NCBI GenBank assembly: GCA_973895155.1
Contig: OZ316893.1
Span: forward strand, 14,724,645-14,788,644
Reading direction: 5' to 3'
DNA: 64,000 nucleotides
Source of the DNA: Marsupella aquatica
Taxonomy: Eukaryota > Plantae > Marchantiophyta
Each line of letters begins with the position of its first letter. Within the stretch, counting starts at the first letter, position 1. Shown here one piece after another: positions 1-12,836 of the stretch. Under the pieces are notes generated by a model. That model did no database searches, had not been told where the DNA came from, and worked only from the letters and a program-made list of their open reading frames with translations. The position numbers were made by a program, and so were the translations under genes.

Positions 1-1243
1 GGACAACTTAGGGATCTTTGTTCAATATTGGATTTTCCCTGATTTCTTATCTATTATATATTTTTGAGATCATTTGCTCCATTTCTAACAAGCACCAATA
101 TGATCAAAAGTTCTAAACCAACTATCAACGAACATTCACTTTTGTGAACTACTCTTTGAGTAGGTTGTGGACATGAGTGAACTTCCACTTTTTTTCTTTT
201 TCTTTTTGGTTTTTGGGGAAAGGGGGCGAGACCCCAGAAACAACTTTGGGGTTCGGTTTGATTAGGTTTTTTTTTTTGCCTGTGAATAAAGTGAACTTAC
301 ACTTTTGGCAAGTATGCTTCAGTTTTGTGAAGAATGTGTCACGTAATTTGGGCATGAGGAGCAACTTATCATTGGGAACTGCATAAAACTGGCAGCAAAC
401 AACAGGAGCCCATTTTCAGGTCAGATTTAAGTCCAAACCAAAAGAGCTGCTGCTGGAAGCTAATTAGATGCTTGAGCCACTATATCCAAGTTTTCAAAAT
501 CCATCCGGTCTTCAGAGTAAACCCCTCTGTGCCTCCAGACCTTATTTCACTTTCCTCAAGATCAGGAAAAATTTAACCATAATTTCAGTTCTAGTAATAT
601 TTACTAATAAACATTTGGTGAGTCCCATCCTATGTCCCTCCTTAGTCCTTGACGCCCTTTCTGATGTTTCTCTTATACTTTTGGGTGGACGGAGTAAAAT
701 TTTAGTACAACTTTGGATAATGAATTATAAATTTCTCCTCAACTCTACGAAAAAATATGAAATCTCGTATTACAGTAGGTCTTTGAATGTATCTTTCAAT
801 TGCAATAATAGCCTCTCAGACTTCGAGCTAAAGTACTCTTTTCTCGGGGTTACCAAACAACAAAAATACAAAAAAATAAATCCCGCATTCCATCATTCCC
901 TGCCCTGCAAAAACTGCGGGGGGCGACCTCGCACGCCATCGACCACGGCATAGAAAACAGACGAGACCGAGCGAGCGGGGCGGAAGTGGGGTCGGTGCGG
1001 GCCGGCGGGGACTGATCGGCGACGGTCGATTCGGGGCCGCCGATGACAACAACAGCACCAGTAGGGAGTAGCTCCGAGTCCCCGAGTCGCCCGACGGCGA
1101 GTGGTTTGCCGTTCCGATCTCTCAGGAAGCTTTCACCGGCCTAGATGATTACTGGTACACGCCTCGTTGTTTCGTCTTTCGTGTTTCAGGCAGGCAGGCC
1201 GGCGGCCGGAAGGGGCACGGGGCAGGGAGCGGATCGAGTGAGT

Positions 1244-1595
1244 GAGAGGTCGAGCAATTCGATGGGCGAGAAGACACTGTTGATCGCTTGAGCGGAATTG
1301 AAGGTCGCCTCCCGGATTCGGAGGTGGAAGAAGAAGAAGAAGAGGAGGGCGTCGAGCAATTGAACGAGCAATTGAGTGGAGCGAGAGTGAGCACTGGAGC
1401 GGAATTGAATTTTGTTTCTCAGAGTCGGCGGAGGAGGAAGAAAGAAGAAGGAGAAGAAGAAGCAGCGGAGGGCGTCGAGCAATTCAGCGAGCAGTAAGTT
1501 GAATGAGCGAGAGGAAGGGCAGTTGAGCGGTGGAATTGGATGTTGCCTCTCGGAGTCGGAGGAGGCCGAAGGGGAGGACGGAATTGAATTGCAGG
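1244..1595 (+). repeat. Degenerate ~110-125 bp tandem repeat (about 3 units), GC/purine-rich, in the probable 5' leader region of the NPC gene
   Basis: The blocks GTCGAGCAATT, GAGCGGAATTGAA, CTCGGAGTCGGAGG and GAAGAAGAA recur in the same order three times (GTCGAGCAATT near 1249, 1350 and 1474). Confidence 0.6.
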
Positions 1596-1704
1596 TTCGA
1601 TACGGAGGGGCAAAGGTAAGGGACTGTGGTGGTACGACGTTCCGTCGTTTGTTGCTGTCAATCTCGTCGTCAGCGTATGTCCTCCGAATTGGGGCTTTGG
1701 AGTT

Positions 1705-1706
<2 letters not shown>

Positions 1707-1741
<35 letters not shown>
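1707..1741. repeat. (GA)n microsatellite
   Basis: Perfect GA dinucleotide run seen directly. Confidence 0.97.
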
Positions 1742-1743
<2 letters not shown>

Positions 1744-3147
1744 CGGTGTTGGTCGAAAGGTCGGTCGTTCCCAGCTTTCGCAAGGCCGTTTCGTTCCGCT
1801 CCCCGACGGGTCCTGTTCGTTTGCTGTTTGGGTTGTTTTTTTTGGTGTGCTCTCGTGCGGTGACATGCTGTGGCGGGTTGTCGAAGTGGCTGAGAGAGAG
1901 AGAGGGCAATTGAAGTTGATGGTGAGGGCGGTGTGTGATTTGCGCAGGGAATTAGGGGTAATTCTGAAAAGTTCCGTCTCGTTGTTGTTGTGGTGTTTGT
2001 TGGTTTGCAATTGTTGCTTCGGCGAGGGTTTTCGCCTTGAGAGAAGAATGAGCACCATATACAGAGGGAAACTGAGGTGCAAAATTGGAGAACGAATTGC
2101 GTGAGGGTTTAGAGTGAACATACTGTAGTATGAAGGGAGTTTCGCAACTGCTTTGGATGAGTTGGAAGGTCATTGCTCTGTGCTGGCGGGGAAGCTTTCG
2201 TGCTCTCTGAATCTCTCGCTGGTGGGGAGTTTGTCTTTCCCTGCTGGGCTTTGGTCTTGGACAGAAAGCATACTCCTCAAAATAATGCTCGTTGCTGTGC
2301 AGTCCTCTTCCTTTTTCTGTCCAGCACTTTCTACATGTATGCTTTCTGTCCGTGATATGAGTATGCCAGCTTGTGATTAAATCGTTTTGTCGTTCTCTCT
2401 CTTTCTCGGTTCGTACATTACATCGTCATCTTGAAGGAGTTAATTTCCCACGACGAAAGATTGCACAGCGATATGGATTTCCGTTCTATCTTTTTATATT
2501 CGGTCGCCGTCCTTCCGCCATCATACGTTGGACTTTCGTGACCCGCTTCTTGCCTTGCTCTAGGGAGTTCCGCTTTGGGTGAGGCTGTTCAGTCAGTTCT
2601 GTTCTCTCTTCGGTATTCACCGCAATTCTCGGTTGACTATGACGGAGGCAGCGAGGTGGACAGAGGCTGCTGAGGATTTGGTCGATGATGTGGTTTCGCC
2701 GCCCCTCTTTTCAGCAGTCCTTTTTCCCGCTCTCTTGACTCTCCCTCGTGCCGGGGCTGGTGGTGCCTAAATTGCTGCAACACCTGAATTTGGGTCCCAG
2801 TTGTAGAATCTTTGGTGCCGATTTGTTTGGTTGTAAATTCCTTCGCGTTCTATCCTTCTTTTTAATGCATCACTACGAACCGGGAAATCCTTTTTGCTCT
2901 CTGTCTGAGGGCGAGATGGAGGCTACTGATCCCATAGTCCATGGGCGGCAGAAACACGGAAAGCGATAATGAAGGCGTCAACATATTATTGAGAGACTGG
3001 GAAACGAAAACGGTCGAATGGGATGGTTTTGAAACAGGCTATACAGTTGGTAGTGGCAGCGGCCGCTTCTGCTCGTGTGTCACGGCCTTTATTGCGACCA
3101 AAACTTGATCAGGTGGCTACCTAAGAAGCTTACTCGATATGTAGCGT

Positions 3148-3149
<2 letters not shown>

Positions 3150-3196
<47 letters not shown>
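3150..3196. repeat. (GA)n microsatellite
   Basis: Perfect GA dinucleotide run seen directly. Confidence 0.97.
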
Positions 3197-3197
<1 letters not shown>

Positions 3198-4358
3198 AGA
3201 TGTGAATGTCGTAAGCAAGTATGTGGAGGTCATGCGGGACACCCATTTCCTTGGACGCCAATTGCGAAAACGCCAGGATCGTTGGCGGATCTTTTTGCAC
3301 AAAGCAATTGATGGATTGGACGTTAACTGCTCGGATCCTCTGTCGTTCTACGATGGGTGCTCCCAGTTGTCCTTGTTGCAATTTGCGCGACTCTGTAAAA
3401 GATAATGCATTAGTTTATCACGGAATGTCCACATCACCCCAGGTTGACTTGGTCAAGGTTCTTGAAATCTAGTCACTTGAAACGCCTGAATGCCGTCACA
3501 TTTCTGCAACATGAGCAAGGTTTTGCTGATGAGCAGCAATCGAGACTCGCACATTTAGGATTTATGACCTCAAAGGAAGTAGGTTGGGTAGGTACTTCTC
3601 TGTGACCTATGCCCTAGATAGGTGGGGGTATTTGTCTTCAATTTTCAATCAGTCCGAAGAAAGACACGTTCAAGGACTTACAGTGGCAGGATCACCAAAT
3701 CGAAGGGACTGAAAGAATTGTGATAGGTGTTGAAGATGGCGAGAGGGGTAATGAGATTGTGGAGATAGACATGGCGGTTCCTACTTAAAGGTTTCGTGTG
3801 CCCCGCGATATGCAGCAGGCCGATGATAGAACTGTCTTCTTGTGTGAAGAAAAACGGTTTCACGAGGCCCGGACTTTTGTCACCTTTTGGCAATTGCAAA
3901 CGGATGTTTTCTATCAATTTTTGCCAAAGTCAGATCAGACCTTGTCGATAGATTAGCTCGTCGGACACCTGGTTCAGAGAAGATCTTACGGAGATGCTCT
4001 AATTGCTCGCCAGTGTTGTGTTTCCTAGGCTTTGTGACCTTGTGTGCAAATTCCTTGTACAGTGGTAGTGCCACAGCCGTATGTGGTGCCCTTTGACTCT
4101 TGACATGTCCACTCTTCCACTCTTCTCTCGTGTGACGCTCTTGACCAGTGGATTCTATATCCGAATTGTTCAATGTTTTCGTTGCAATTGTTTTGATTCA
4201 ATTAGTTGAATTTCTTGGGTTTCTTGTTGTCGCTCTTCAGTCATTTTCTCGCTGTGATTACTAGGACGATGCACCTTCTGACCAGATGATGCAATTGCCA
4301 TCACTCTTCGCAGGGCTGGTGGCAACGGTGACTGGATGAAGGCTTGAAGTTCTACACC

Positions 4359-7258
4359 ATGGCTAAGACACAATGCAACCTGCTGCTGTTGGTCTTGTTC
4401 CACTTGCTGCTGGTGCTGTCTGCGGACGGGAAGACGAAGCACACCATTAATGGCCCGATTAAAACCGTAGTTGTGGTGGTGATGGAGAATCGTTCCTTTG
4501 ATCACATGCTGGGCTGGTTGAAGAGGCTTAATCCCGAAATTGATGGGCTGACGGGACAGGAAAGCAATCCCGTTGATCCTTCGGATCCAAACTCAGAGCG
4601 AGTGTACGTCAACGACAAGTCTGAGTTTGTGGACCCTGACCCGGGCCATTCATACCAAGCAATCCTGCAGCAAGTGTTCATGAGCAACGACACTGAGCAG
4701 GATCCAGCCCCTATGAACGGCTTTGTGGTGAACGCTGACGGCATGGGCTATGGTGAGGACTTCAAACACCGGGTTATGGGTGGTTTTCGACCAGAGGTCG
4801 TTCCCGTCTACACTGCGCTGGCTATGGAATACTGCCTTTTTGATAAATGGTTTGCAGGGGCGCCCACTTCCACTCAGCCTAACCGAATGTACGTACATTC
4901 AGCCACTTCTCACGGTGCCTATAGCAACGTCCGGGAGGATCTCGTCAAGGGGTTCCCTCAAAAGACAATTATGGAGTCTGTGGCCGACGCTGGACTGTCA
5001 TGGGGGATCTATTACCAAAACATTCCTGCCACGCTGTTCTTTGCAAACCTTCGTAAGCTGAAGAACATTATCAAGTTCCATGACTACGGCTTGACGTTTA
5101 AATTGCACGCCGCGTTGGGGATCCTCCCGAATTACGTGGTGATTGAGCAGCGATACTTTGATCTCAACCTTTTGCCTGCAAACGACGACCATCCCTCCCA
5201 TGATGTCGCCGAGGGGCAGAAGTTTGTGAAGGACGTATATGAGACCCTCCGGCAGAGCCCTCAATGGAATGAAATGCTTCTTCTCATTACCTATGATGAG
5301 CACGGTGGTTTCCATGACCATGTTCCCACTCCAATCAACGTTCCTAGCCCTGACGGTATTATCGGAAAGGAACCTTGGAACTTCAAGTTCGACAGACTGG
5401 GCGTCCGTGTTCCTACCATCGCCGTTTCCCCATGGATCAACAAGGGTACAGGTATGGTAGCCCTCTCCCCCCGGGTTCTTGTACTTACTACGGTAGAAGT
5501 TAATAATGATCCTCCTGGCTTCAAGGATCGTCCTACTTGCTGCCTGCCTGCGTTGCCAGGGGTTTCTAGCATATAATACTTCAGATCAACGTTAGTTGCC
5601 CAGGAACTGAGAGCAAGTCTGACGTGATGAGAGTACTTCTTTAGAAGTCAAGTCGAGTCGGTGAGAATCAAGTTATTGCCGCAAGGTGCTTCACGTAGCT
5701 ATGGAGCGAGCGTATCTCCTTCTTCTTGCACCTGTCAGTAGAAATCATCAAATGATTGGTCTCCGTGTATCAACTCCAGATTTGATAAGGCAGTTGTGAG
5801 AGTGCGGCCACGAGTGGCAAACGGGATTGGCAAGATATGGCACCCTCTCATTTGGAGTTGGAGGCTAACTAATTGCGAGCTTATTAAGAGTGGTTGCCTT
5901 AGTCCTTGTGTGTAATGGGTGAGACGAGAGTTAGGGACGATATCTGCAGCGCTCATTAGTGGGGGTCACAGGAAAAGTTTTCTCGAGTGTCATGATAGTT
6001 TGGGTAAATTACCTAGCGCTGAGGTTAAGAATCACCTTGTGAATATCATCATTTCCCAGTGAGTCTACCTTTGGTTGTTGTGTCAGATCCCTTTCATAAA
6101 TTCCAGATTGCTCATGCTGTGTCCAAAGTTTAATATGGGATGTTATCAACTGATGATTGTAGATTGTGCACTTTTGGAGCAAGACATGTCTCCTAGTCAT
6201 GGGAGTGAAGAAAAACTCACGGTACTTGATCGTGGTAATTTCTTGCAGTGGTTCATCGTCCCACTGGACCTAGACCTGATTCTCAGTACGAGCATTCATC
6301 GATCGCTGCAACTGTGAAGAAGATCTTCGGCCTAGATGAGTTCCTGACGAAAAGAGATGAATGGGCAGGAACCTTCGAGCACATCTTCAGTCAGCGTACA
6401 TCCCCTAGAGACGATTGTCCAGGTATTTTACTCATTATTATTGTTCAGTGTTGTGTGATACACGGGAAGGGAATGATACTTGAGCGGAACTGTCCAGATT
6501 GCTAAGTTTTGTGGTTGTGATTATTTCCGTGGCCACACTGGTGTAGAAATAGAAGGGTCTGTCCTTTCTGGCAATGGCTGAGTAAGGCGATTACTGAAGT
6601 GCTTGGTCGTCGTTAGAATTCAGAGAATTGTTGAGACATAATCTCAGAGTTGTGACAAATTCACCACTAGTTGATTCACCTGTTACTGAGGTCGAATATG
6701 CTGTCCTTCGGAGCACTAACAAAGTACTCGAGAAATCCACTTCAGCAGGGTGGTCTGTGGTTAGAGAGGTTTGCTGGAATGAGTTGTCTTCATCAGTGAA
6801 GGCACTAGGATTTGTGAATGTCATGAACTTATTCTGAAGTACGAATGTTGTTGACCATCATATTTGTACAGTAAGCCAGCACTGAACGAAAATCGTTGTG
6901 GTTTGTGTTTGCAGAAGAGCTTCCTAACCCACCCTGGTCATTGAGACACGTCCCAGCTGATGAGTCCCGGCCACTGACAGAGTTTCAAGTGGAATTGATA
7001 CAACTAGCCTCTCAGCTAAATGGAGAGCACGTGCTGAAGGATTATCCTCACATTGGCAAGAAGCTGAATGTCAGACAGGGCAATGAGTATGTGACAGAGG
7101 CCGTGAGTCGTTTCTTCAGAGAGGGTGAAAAAGCGTTGAGAAGTGGAGTGAATGAAAGTACTATTTTGGAGCTTCAGACTCTGAAGCATCCAATAGAGGA
7201 GACGCCATTTACTGGTAGGAGAACTGGCAAGTTCAATGATCGTCTACAGCCAAGCTAA
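4359..7258 (+). CDS. NPC: Non-specific phospholipase C (phosphoesterase family, NPC1-like), ~536 aa; exons 4359-5451, 6249-6422, 6915-7258
   Basis: Signal peptide [22 protein letters not shown]. Family motifs [86 protein letters not shown] and [12 protein letters not shown]. Both GT-AG introns are phase 1; the spliced length is 1611 nt. Confidence 0.95.
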
Positions 7259-9139
7259 TATTTGGGTTTTGATGTTGCTGTGGATTTTTTAATTTGTTAT
7301 AGACAAATCATCTCCTTCGGAGAGAACATTCGTCATGGTCCATAGAGAAGATTGTAATTAATACCCCGTTCTCGTAAAGTAGTGGGATAGGGATCATATT
7401 CGATCGTAGTCAATGGGGGTTGTATCATAAGCTTAGAAGCCATTGGACTGTCTCTTCCATCCATGGTAGGACATCATTCAGACAACAATTTATTAAAGTT
7501 TCCACAATGTGTAATAATCTGCACGTGGAGATACTTTACATCAGTGTTGATTTTCATTCCTGCCCACCTTTGTCACATTGAACTCATTGGCACCTCCGAG
7601 CATCTTCACCAGAGATGTTCATGTAGGTTAATTTACAGCTTCGGGACTCTGTGGTCACATTTGGGTACTGTAAATCAATTTTTATATTCTTTGGGAAGTA
7701 GGCATTCCTACTTGTTCGTTGCAGTCTGCATTGACACTCAATGAAGGGGTTTTGGGAGAGTCATAGCTGTAAAACAGTGAAGCGGTTGTCGCTCTGCTGA
7801 TGTAAACAGATGTGTATTTAACGTTTATTTATGTCATGTATTGAACATACTATTGAAAGTGATATGTGGGAGACATTCCTCGAGTACTGATTAATATCAT
7901 TATTTTGTAAATGATTGTGTATCCAAAATTGTAATTGGCTTTGCCGTGTTGCATTTCCAGGCACTTAGAAAGCTAACTTACAACGAGGTCTTGATATTCA
8001 ATTTGCAAACCGGATTTGTGACAGTTTACCCCCTCATGAATATATGTGAATAATCACAAGCTGAATTTGAATTATGCAAACAAAACACAAACGCTATTCA
8101 AAGGGACTTTGACTAAGTTATTAAATTGGTTACATCGTTACGTTCCTCTTTAATTTTGTAGAGAGAAAACAGCCGTATGTGATACGAATTTGTCGAATGG
8201 GTAGAATCTCTGCATTACATGTTGTGTTATGAATCTAGTTCTGATGTAATAATTGCGCTAGTCAGTTCACTCAGTACACTAGTGAGTTAACGAAAAGTGC
8301 GAGCCAGAAATGTACACTTATCCAAAATAAGTGACAAGAGCGAGCTTTCCTTTTGGTGTCATGCTCACGCCAAAGGTGACAGGGAAGGCACGACGTACGA
8401 AGGTTCAAATGCCATCCCTAATGAATTAAATTGTCCCAGTATGGAAGATTGATCACTTGTCATACAGATTTGATGTTTAACCTTAAAGAGACATAAACAC
8501 ATTAGAGCTTGGAGAAGCCAAACATAACTCAATGAGCCCTTGGAGTTTGCTCAGGTCCACATGTGATGTGATAAGAGTGAACTGTGGCAATTTTATAGCT
8601 CCTACTGTACATGGTTGGGGTCGAGTGGGGCCCAAAGAAATCGAGCGACATTGGAGTTGACAGAAGTCAAAACAGAAAAAAACCCTGTCTCATCTTGGAT
8701 TTTCGCTAGTCCTGAATTACGTGAGCAGGTTCCGCACAAACAATTGAATGTGTTTTCGCTCTTGAGAATTGCGAGAAAGGGAAAAGGATTAATTATTCCT
8801 TAAACCAAGTACTGTCTGTAAATTGGACGAGTTATAAGCTAGACAGGACCTGCATCCAAAACCTTAGAGCTCGGATGGGATCCACAGCTTTGTATGAAAG
8901 TTAGGCCATTTCACTATAGATCAATGTCATTCTGGTCACCATGCTATTCGACTGAAAAGGTTTGGGATGGAGATTGGACTTACATAAAAGTACTTATTAT
9001 GCCTCCTGTTCTGGAAGGTCGTCATGGAGCTTCATGAAAGGAAGGGCATAGTCCTCAGAAAGTGGAGGACAATTGGAGAGTTCGACCACAACTACCTCTA
9101 TTATACATTGCACACACCCTTCAGTTTCACGAGGAATCT

Positions 9140-9482
9140 GGTAGCTCTTATCATACAGTGCACACTGTTTAATTTCACTAGAAATGGACTTGGGCTCCAC
9201 TTTTTATGGTGAGTAAAGTATTCACCAGGGGCACAATAAGCACTAGCCAGCAGGGTATGGGGAATGGGGCTTTTATGTGGCAGGTGTGGTTTAAACTATA
9301 GGTTACCCGTAGCTCTTATTATAAAGTGCACATGTTCAGTTTCACCAGAAATGGGCTTGGGCTCCACTTTGTATGGTGAGTGCACAATTCACCATAGGAC
9401 AAGAATGAGTAGTGGCGAGGTAGGACAAGAATGAGTAGTAGCGAGGTAGGGAATTGGCTTTTATATGGTCAAGGTGTGATTT
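9140..9482. repeat. Diverged tandem duplication of ~165 bp, with a nested 27-bp duplication
   Basis: GTAGCTCTTAT...TGCACA...TTTCAC..GAAATGG.CTTGGGCTCCACTTT.TATGGTGAGT...ATTCACCA occurs at ~9140 and ~9308. TAGGACAAGAATGAGTAGT.GCGAGG is duplicated at ~9395-9447. Confidence 0.8.
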
Positions 9483-11220
9483 AATGCTGGAGGAAGGAGA
9501 ACTCCCTCTAGATTTCTCAAGACAGATGGATGACTGAGGAACTCACACACTGTTCAATGAATATCGACAACTGAGTTACGGTCTTTACACCAGCGACCAA
9601 AACAATCAAACTCTCCTCTCGCTTCAACTCTTCAGTTGATATCAGCCTCTCATACTTATCTGCTCGGACTACATATTCTAACATTCTCTCGATAATGGCC
9701 AATCAATTGACACTTCTTCACTGATTCCCATGGTGTTTATTATTTTGGGTGCTTTGTGGAGAAGGACGTATACTCCAGATTTGGGCCACTGCATACTTGA
9801 AATTTCTCCTTCACTTTTGCTAAGAATAGTAAAGTAGAAAATATCTTAGCCCTTTAAGTGTATCAATGCTCTGTTGCAATTATGTGCAATAATAGTCCTT
9901 CACAACTCTACCTAAAAGCATTGCTTTTCCAGGGCATAATACTAATAGGACTTTACTATATTATATAAAATTCTTTGATGCCTTCTGATTGTTCCTTTTG
10001 CACTTTTCAGGGCATTCTTGGAGCATAATGCCTAGTCAAGGTCTCGATCACCTTTGTAGGAAGATTCTCCTCTATTTTTACTAAAGACAGAAAAATAAAA
10101 TCTCTCAGACCTATAAGTGTAATAAGGTCCTGTTTCCCGAGCATCATGGGCAATAACAGCTGCTGAAAAGTAGAGCCAAAGCTCTTGTTTGTTGGGCCTT
10201 TATATTTCATAATGCCCTCTAAACAGGACTCCACTGTGTACCTACAGAATTTTGTGATTTGTTTCTTTGTATTTTACAGGCATTAATTTTCCATAATGTG
10301 GCCCTTCGTTGTGGAGGGGATTATGGGAGTACCACAAATCTAGGAAACTGTAAAAGAGAGAAAATAGTTTACCATCTAAAACAAAATAAAAGATTATTCT
10401 ATCTACTGGAGATATAGAAAATAAAGCTCAGATAGACCTCTAGGTTTGTCAAAATGCTCACATGGAGTGTTGCAACTCATATCAACCGCATTTACTCACA
10501 ATGTCACTAGGAATATATCTAATTAGTCCATTCCAATTGCGTGGTTTCTGTCTTGGGTCCATGTGAGCATGCTGGAGATATATCCAAAATCTTATATATT
10601 GCATGACTGAATATTTTTCATTTTAAACTTCATCCAGATTTTCAACCAAATTGCATGTAAGCAATTTGTTGCATGGCCCTGTAAGTTTTTCCATCCATTT
10701 CAGAAGTTTGTTTTTCAAAAATCACTCAAGGGTTATTTATGTTAATGTACTAATTATTGAATTATGAGAAAAAAGTCACTCAAAACTTGTGTTATCAAAC
10801 TCCATTTTGGGGAGTGATATCTCACAATGCCCAGAGTTAGATCTCACAATGCATTCTAGCCAGGACATCATTTAAATTCATTGATCATTTGTCGGTAACT
10901 TGTAAAGATGCATGTAACTTTTGTCCTTCTGAGCATTGCGTGATCCAAAATTCTCATTACTCTTAGCGGATGTCACGGGTGATATTCTCTTTCTACATCT
11001 TTCAAAAGACGACAGGTAAGCTTATTTCCCTCTGATTATATCTCATAAGAGTAAACTGTATAGATATGGTTTGCTGCAAATGGAGTTGGCACTTTATAGA
11101 GTCTGCAGGGGATAGATTTTGCATGTATGGGTAACTTCTTGAGGGCTGACAACCTTAACACATTCCATTGTGAGGTATTTTTCTTCCCATGTATTTGTCT
11201 CCCATATGTTAGGAATTGAC

Positions 11221-11290
11221 TCGAGTTATCGACTTTAGTTAGTTTGACCTTACTCGGGTGAGTTAACACTTGATTACATTAGGATAAGAT
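11221..11290 (+). repeat. Interspersed repeat fragment, with a second copy at ~18710-18780
   Basis: TTTAGTTAGTTTG.(C/T)CTTACT.GGGT..GTTAAC.C..TTGATT(T)ACATTAGGATAAGAT is present at both loci. Confidence 0.65.
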
Positions 11291-11620
11291 CTGCTTAGAT
11301 TAGGCTCACACATCTCGACCCCCCCGCGGGGGGGGGGGGGGGTATAGGTTGTAGTCCATATGCATAATTCATCTGCCCTGATCCAAAATTTTGGTCTTGG
11401 TAGAGCACATTGTAACATTTGTAAATCTTACTTCTAAAGTGCTAATAGCAGCTAGAGTTGAGGTCTAGGTTTCTAGAGTGAAGTCTCTAGAATGTGACTC
11501 TAGGGCCCAGCAAATGTATATGCATGTAGAGAAGGATAACATGTTATAAATGATGAAATGAATCACTACTTTTGTATTATTTCATTAACTTTTAAAGAAT
11601 GGGCAGTGAGCCTCGTTATG

Positions 11621-11745
11621 TTGGCTGAGGTTCTCAGCTATGGGGGACAGCCAGTACTCCTTCTCGCTCACAATGTGCTCGTTTTGTTGGAAGAGCTTCT
11701 CAGCCATGGGGGACAGCCAGTACTCCTTCTCGCTCACAATGTTGA
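11621..11745. repeat. 66-bp tandem duplication
   Basis: TTCTCAGC(T/C)ATGGGGGACAGCCAGTACTCCTTCTCGCTCACAATGT appears twice, 66 bp apart. Confidence 0.9.
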
Positions 11746-12460
11746 GGTAAGTTTTTCCTCCCCGTTTTGTTCCCCCTTGCAAAATCATGTGCACTTGCTT
11801 TGAGCCAGGGTTTTGGACCGGTTAGCGTTCACTTTGGAATTTGCACCTGCTTTGGTAGTAGCAGCTTCATCCTTTTGGATTCATTTGAAGTTCTGCCGTG
11901 ATCCGATGAGCTAATTTCGCAACAGGTTGCAAAATTAGCTATCAATAGGTGTAGCTATCAATTGACACTCTGTGTCATTCAAGCCGTTCCTCACTAGGTC
12001 GGAGCATTTTCTCAAATCTGAGGTTTACTCGTACAGTGGCTTGTTTTCGTTCGCTCGTACATTTGGTTTAAGCATTTCGTCGAAGCTTAGCACAAAAATC
12101 TTAGCTTTTCAAACACTAGTCTGTCTGTGCACAGGATGTTCAAGCATTCTGCGATGAGTGATCTTTGACATACTAAACTTTCGGCTCCTGCTGTCTCTTA
12201 GTCAGGCAGTCGGGACTCTCGGTTATCATGGTCTAACAAGAAGCGACTGAAAAAAAAACGAATCTCGCCTTCTTACCCTCCTGTCTCGTCTGAATTCTCC
12301 TTGCAGGCAACTATTTTGTTAGGGAGAGCCGTCACTTCGCTCGGGAATAAAGTATGATGGACAACGGGGGTATTTCGTCTCACTGTTGCCCTTGTTAGCT
12401 GTCCTTCTTCGTTTCCTTTCAGATTCGCTTTCCAAAATTGTTTTTCTCTGCTGGACAACA

Positions 12461-12481
12461 CTAAACCCTAAACCCTAAACC
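12461..12481 (+). promoter_or_regulatory. Tandem telo-box (interstitial Arabidopsis-type telomere repeats) upstream of TSR2
   Basis: CTAAACCCTAAACCCTAAACC lies ~360 bp 5' of the TSR2 ATG. Telo-boxes (AAACCCTA) are established cis-elements of plant translation and ribosome-biogenesis genes. Confidence 0.7.
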
Positions 12482-12836
12482 TTGTGTCTCAGTTTCCATT
12501 TACCGTGAAAAACTGGTGCGTGCGTCTTCACTGTCCTATCGCATCACGACGGCTTGGGTTATCTGTTATGATTGCTACTTTGATTATTGTGCTGTACGTC
12601 AGCTAACTTTCAGAAGTTTTTTAATCCTGAGTTTTCGTGAGATACCGAAGGCAAACCGGTTGTCCATCAGAATTCCACATTCTTTCTCTTGAGTGAGTGC
12701 TGATGAGCTGTCGAAAAAGCGTGATTGTCGTGATGGTCTCCAATTTTCTGGTTCTAAAAATCTGGGGTTGCAGAAGCGGAGGATTTCGCAGGCAACACTG
12801 GTGACGAGCGATAGAGCCATCCAACATAAGAGAAAA

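Noticed and set aside
1186-2121. Long overlapping ORFs (311 aa minus, 230 aa plus)
   Set aside because: They are open because of GC-rich low-complexity sequence and the (GA)n tract (SLSLSL/ERERER). No domain is recognisable.
12461-12481. Telomere or chromosome-fusion scar
   Set aside because: It has only about three repeat units, in a promoter/leader position typical of telo-boxes.
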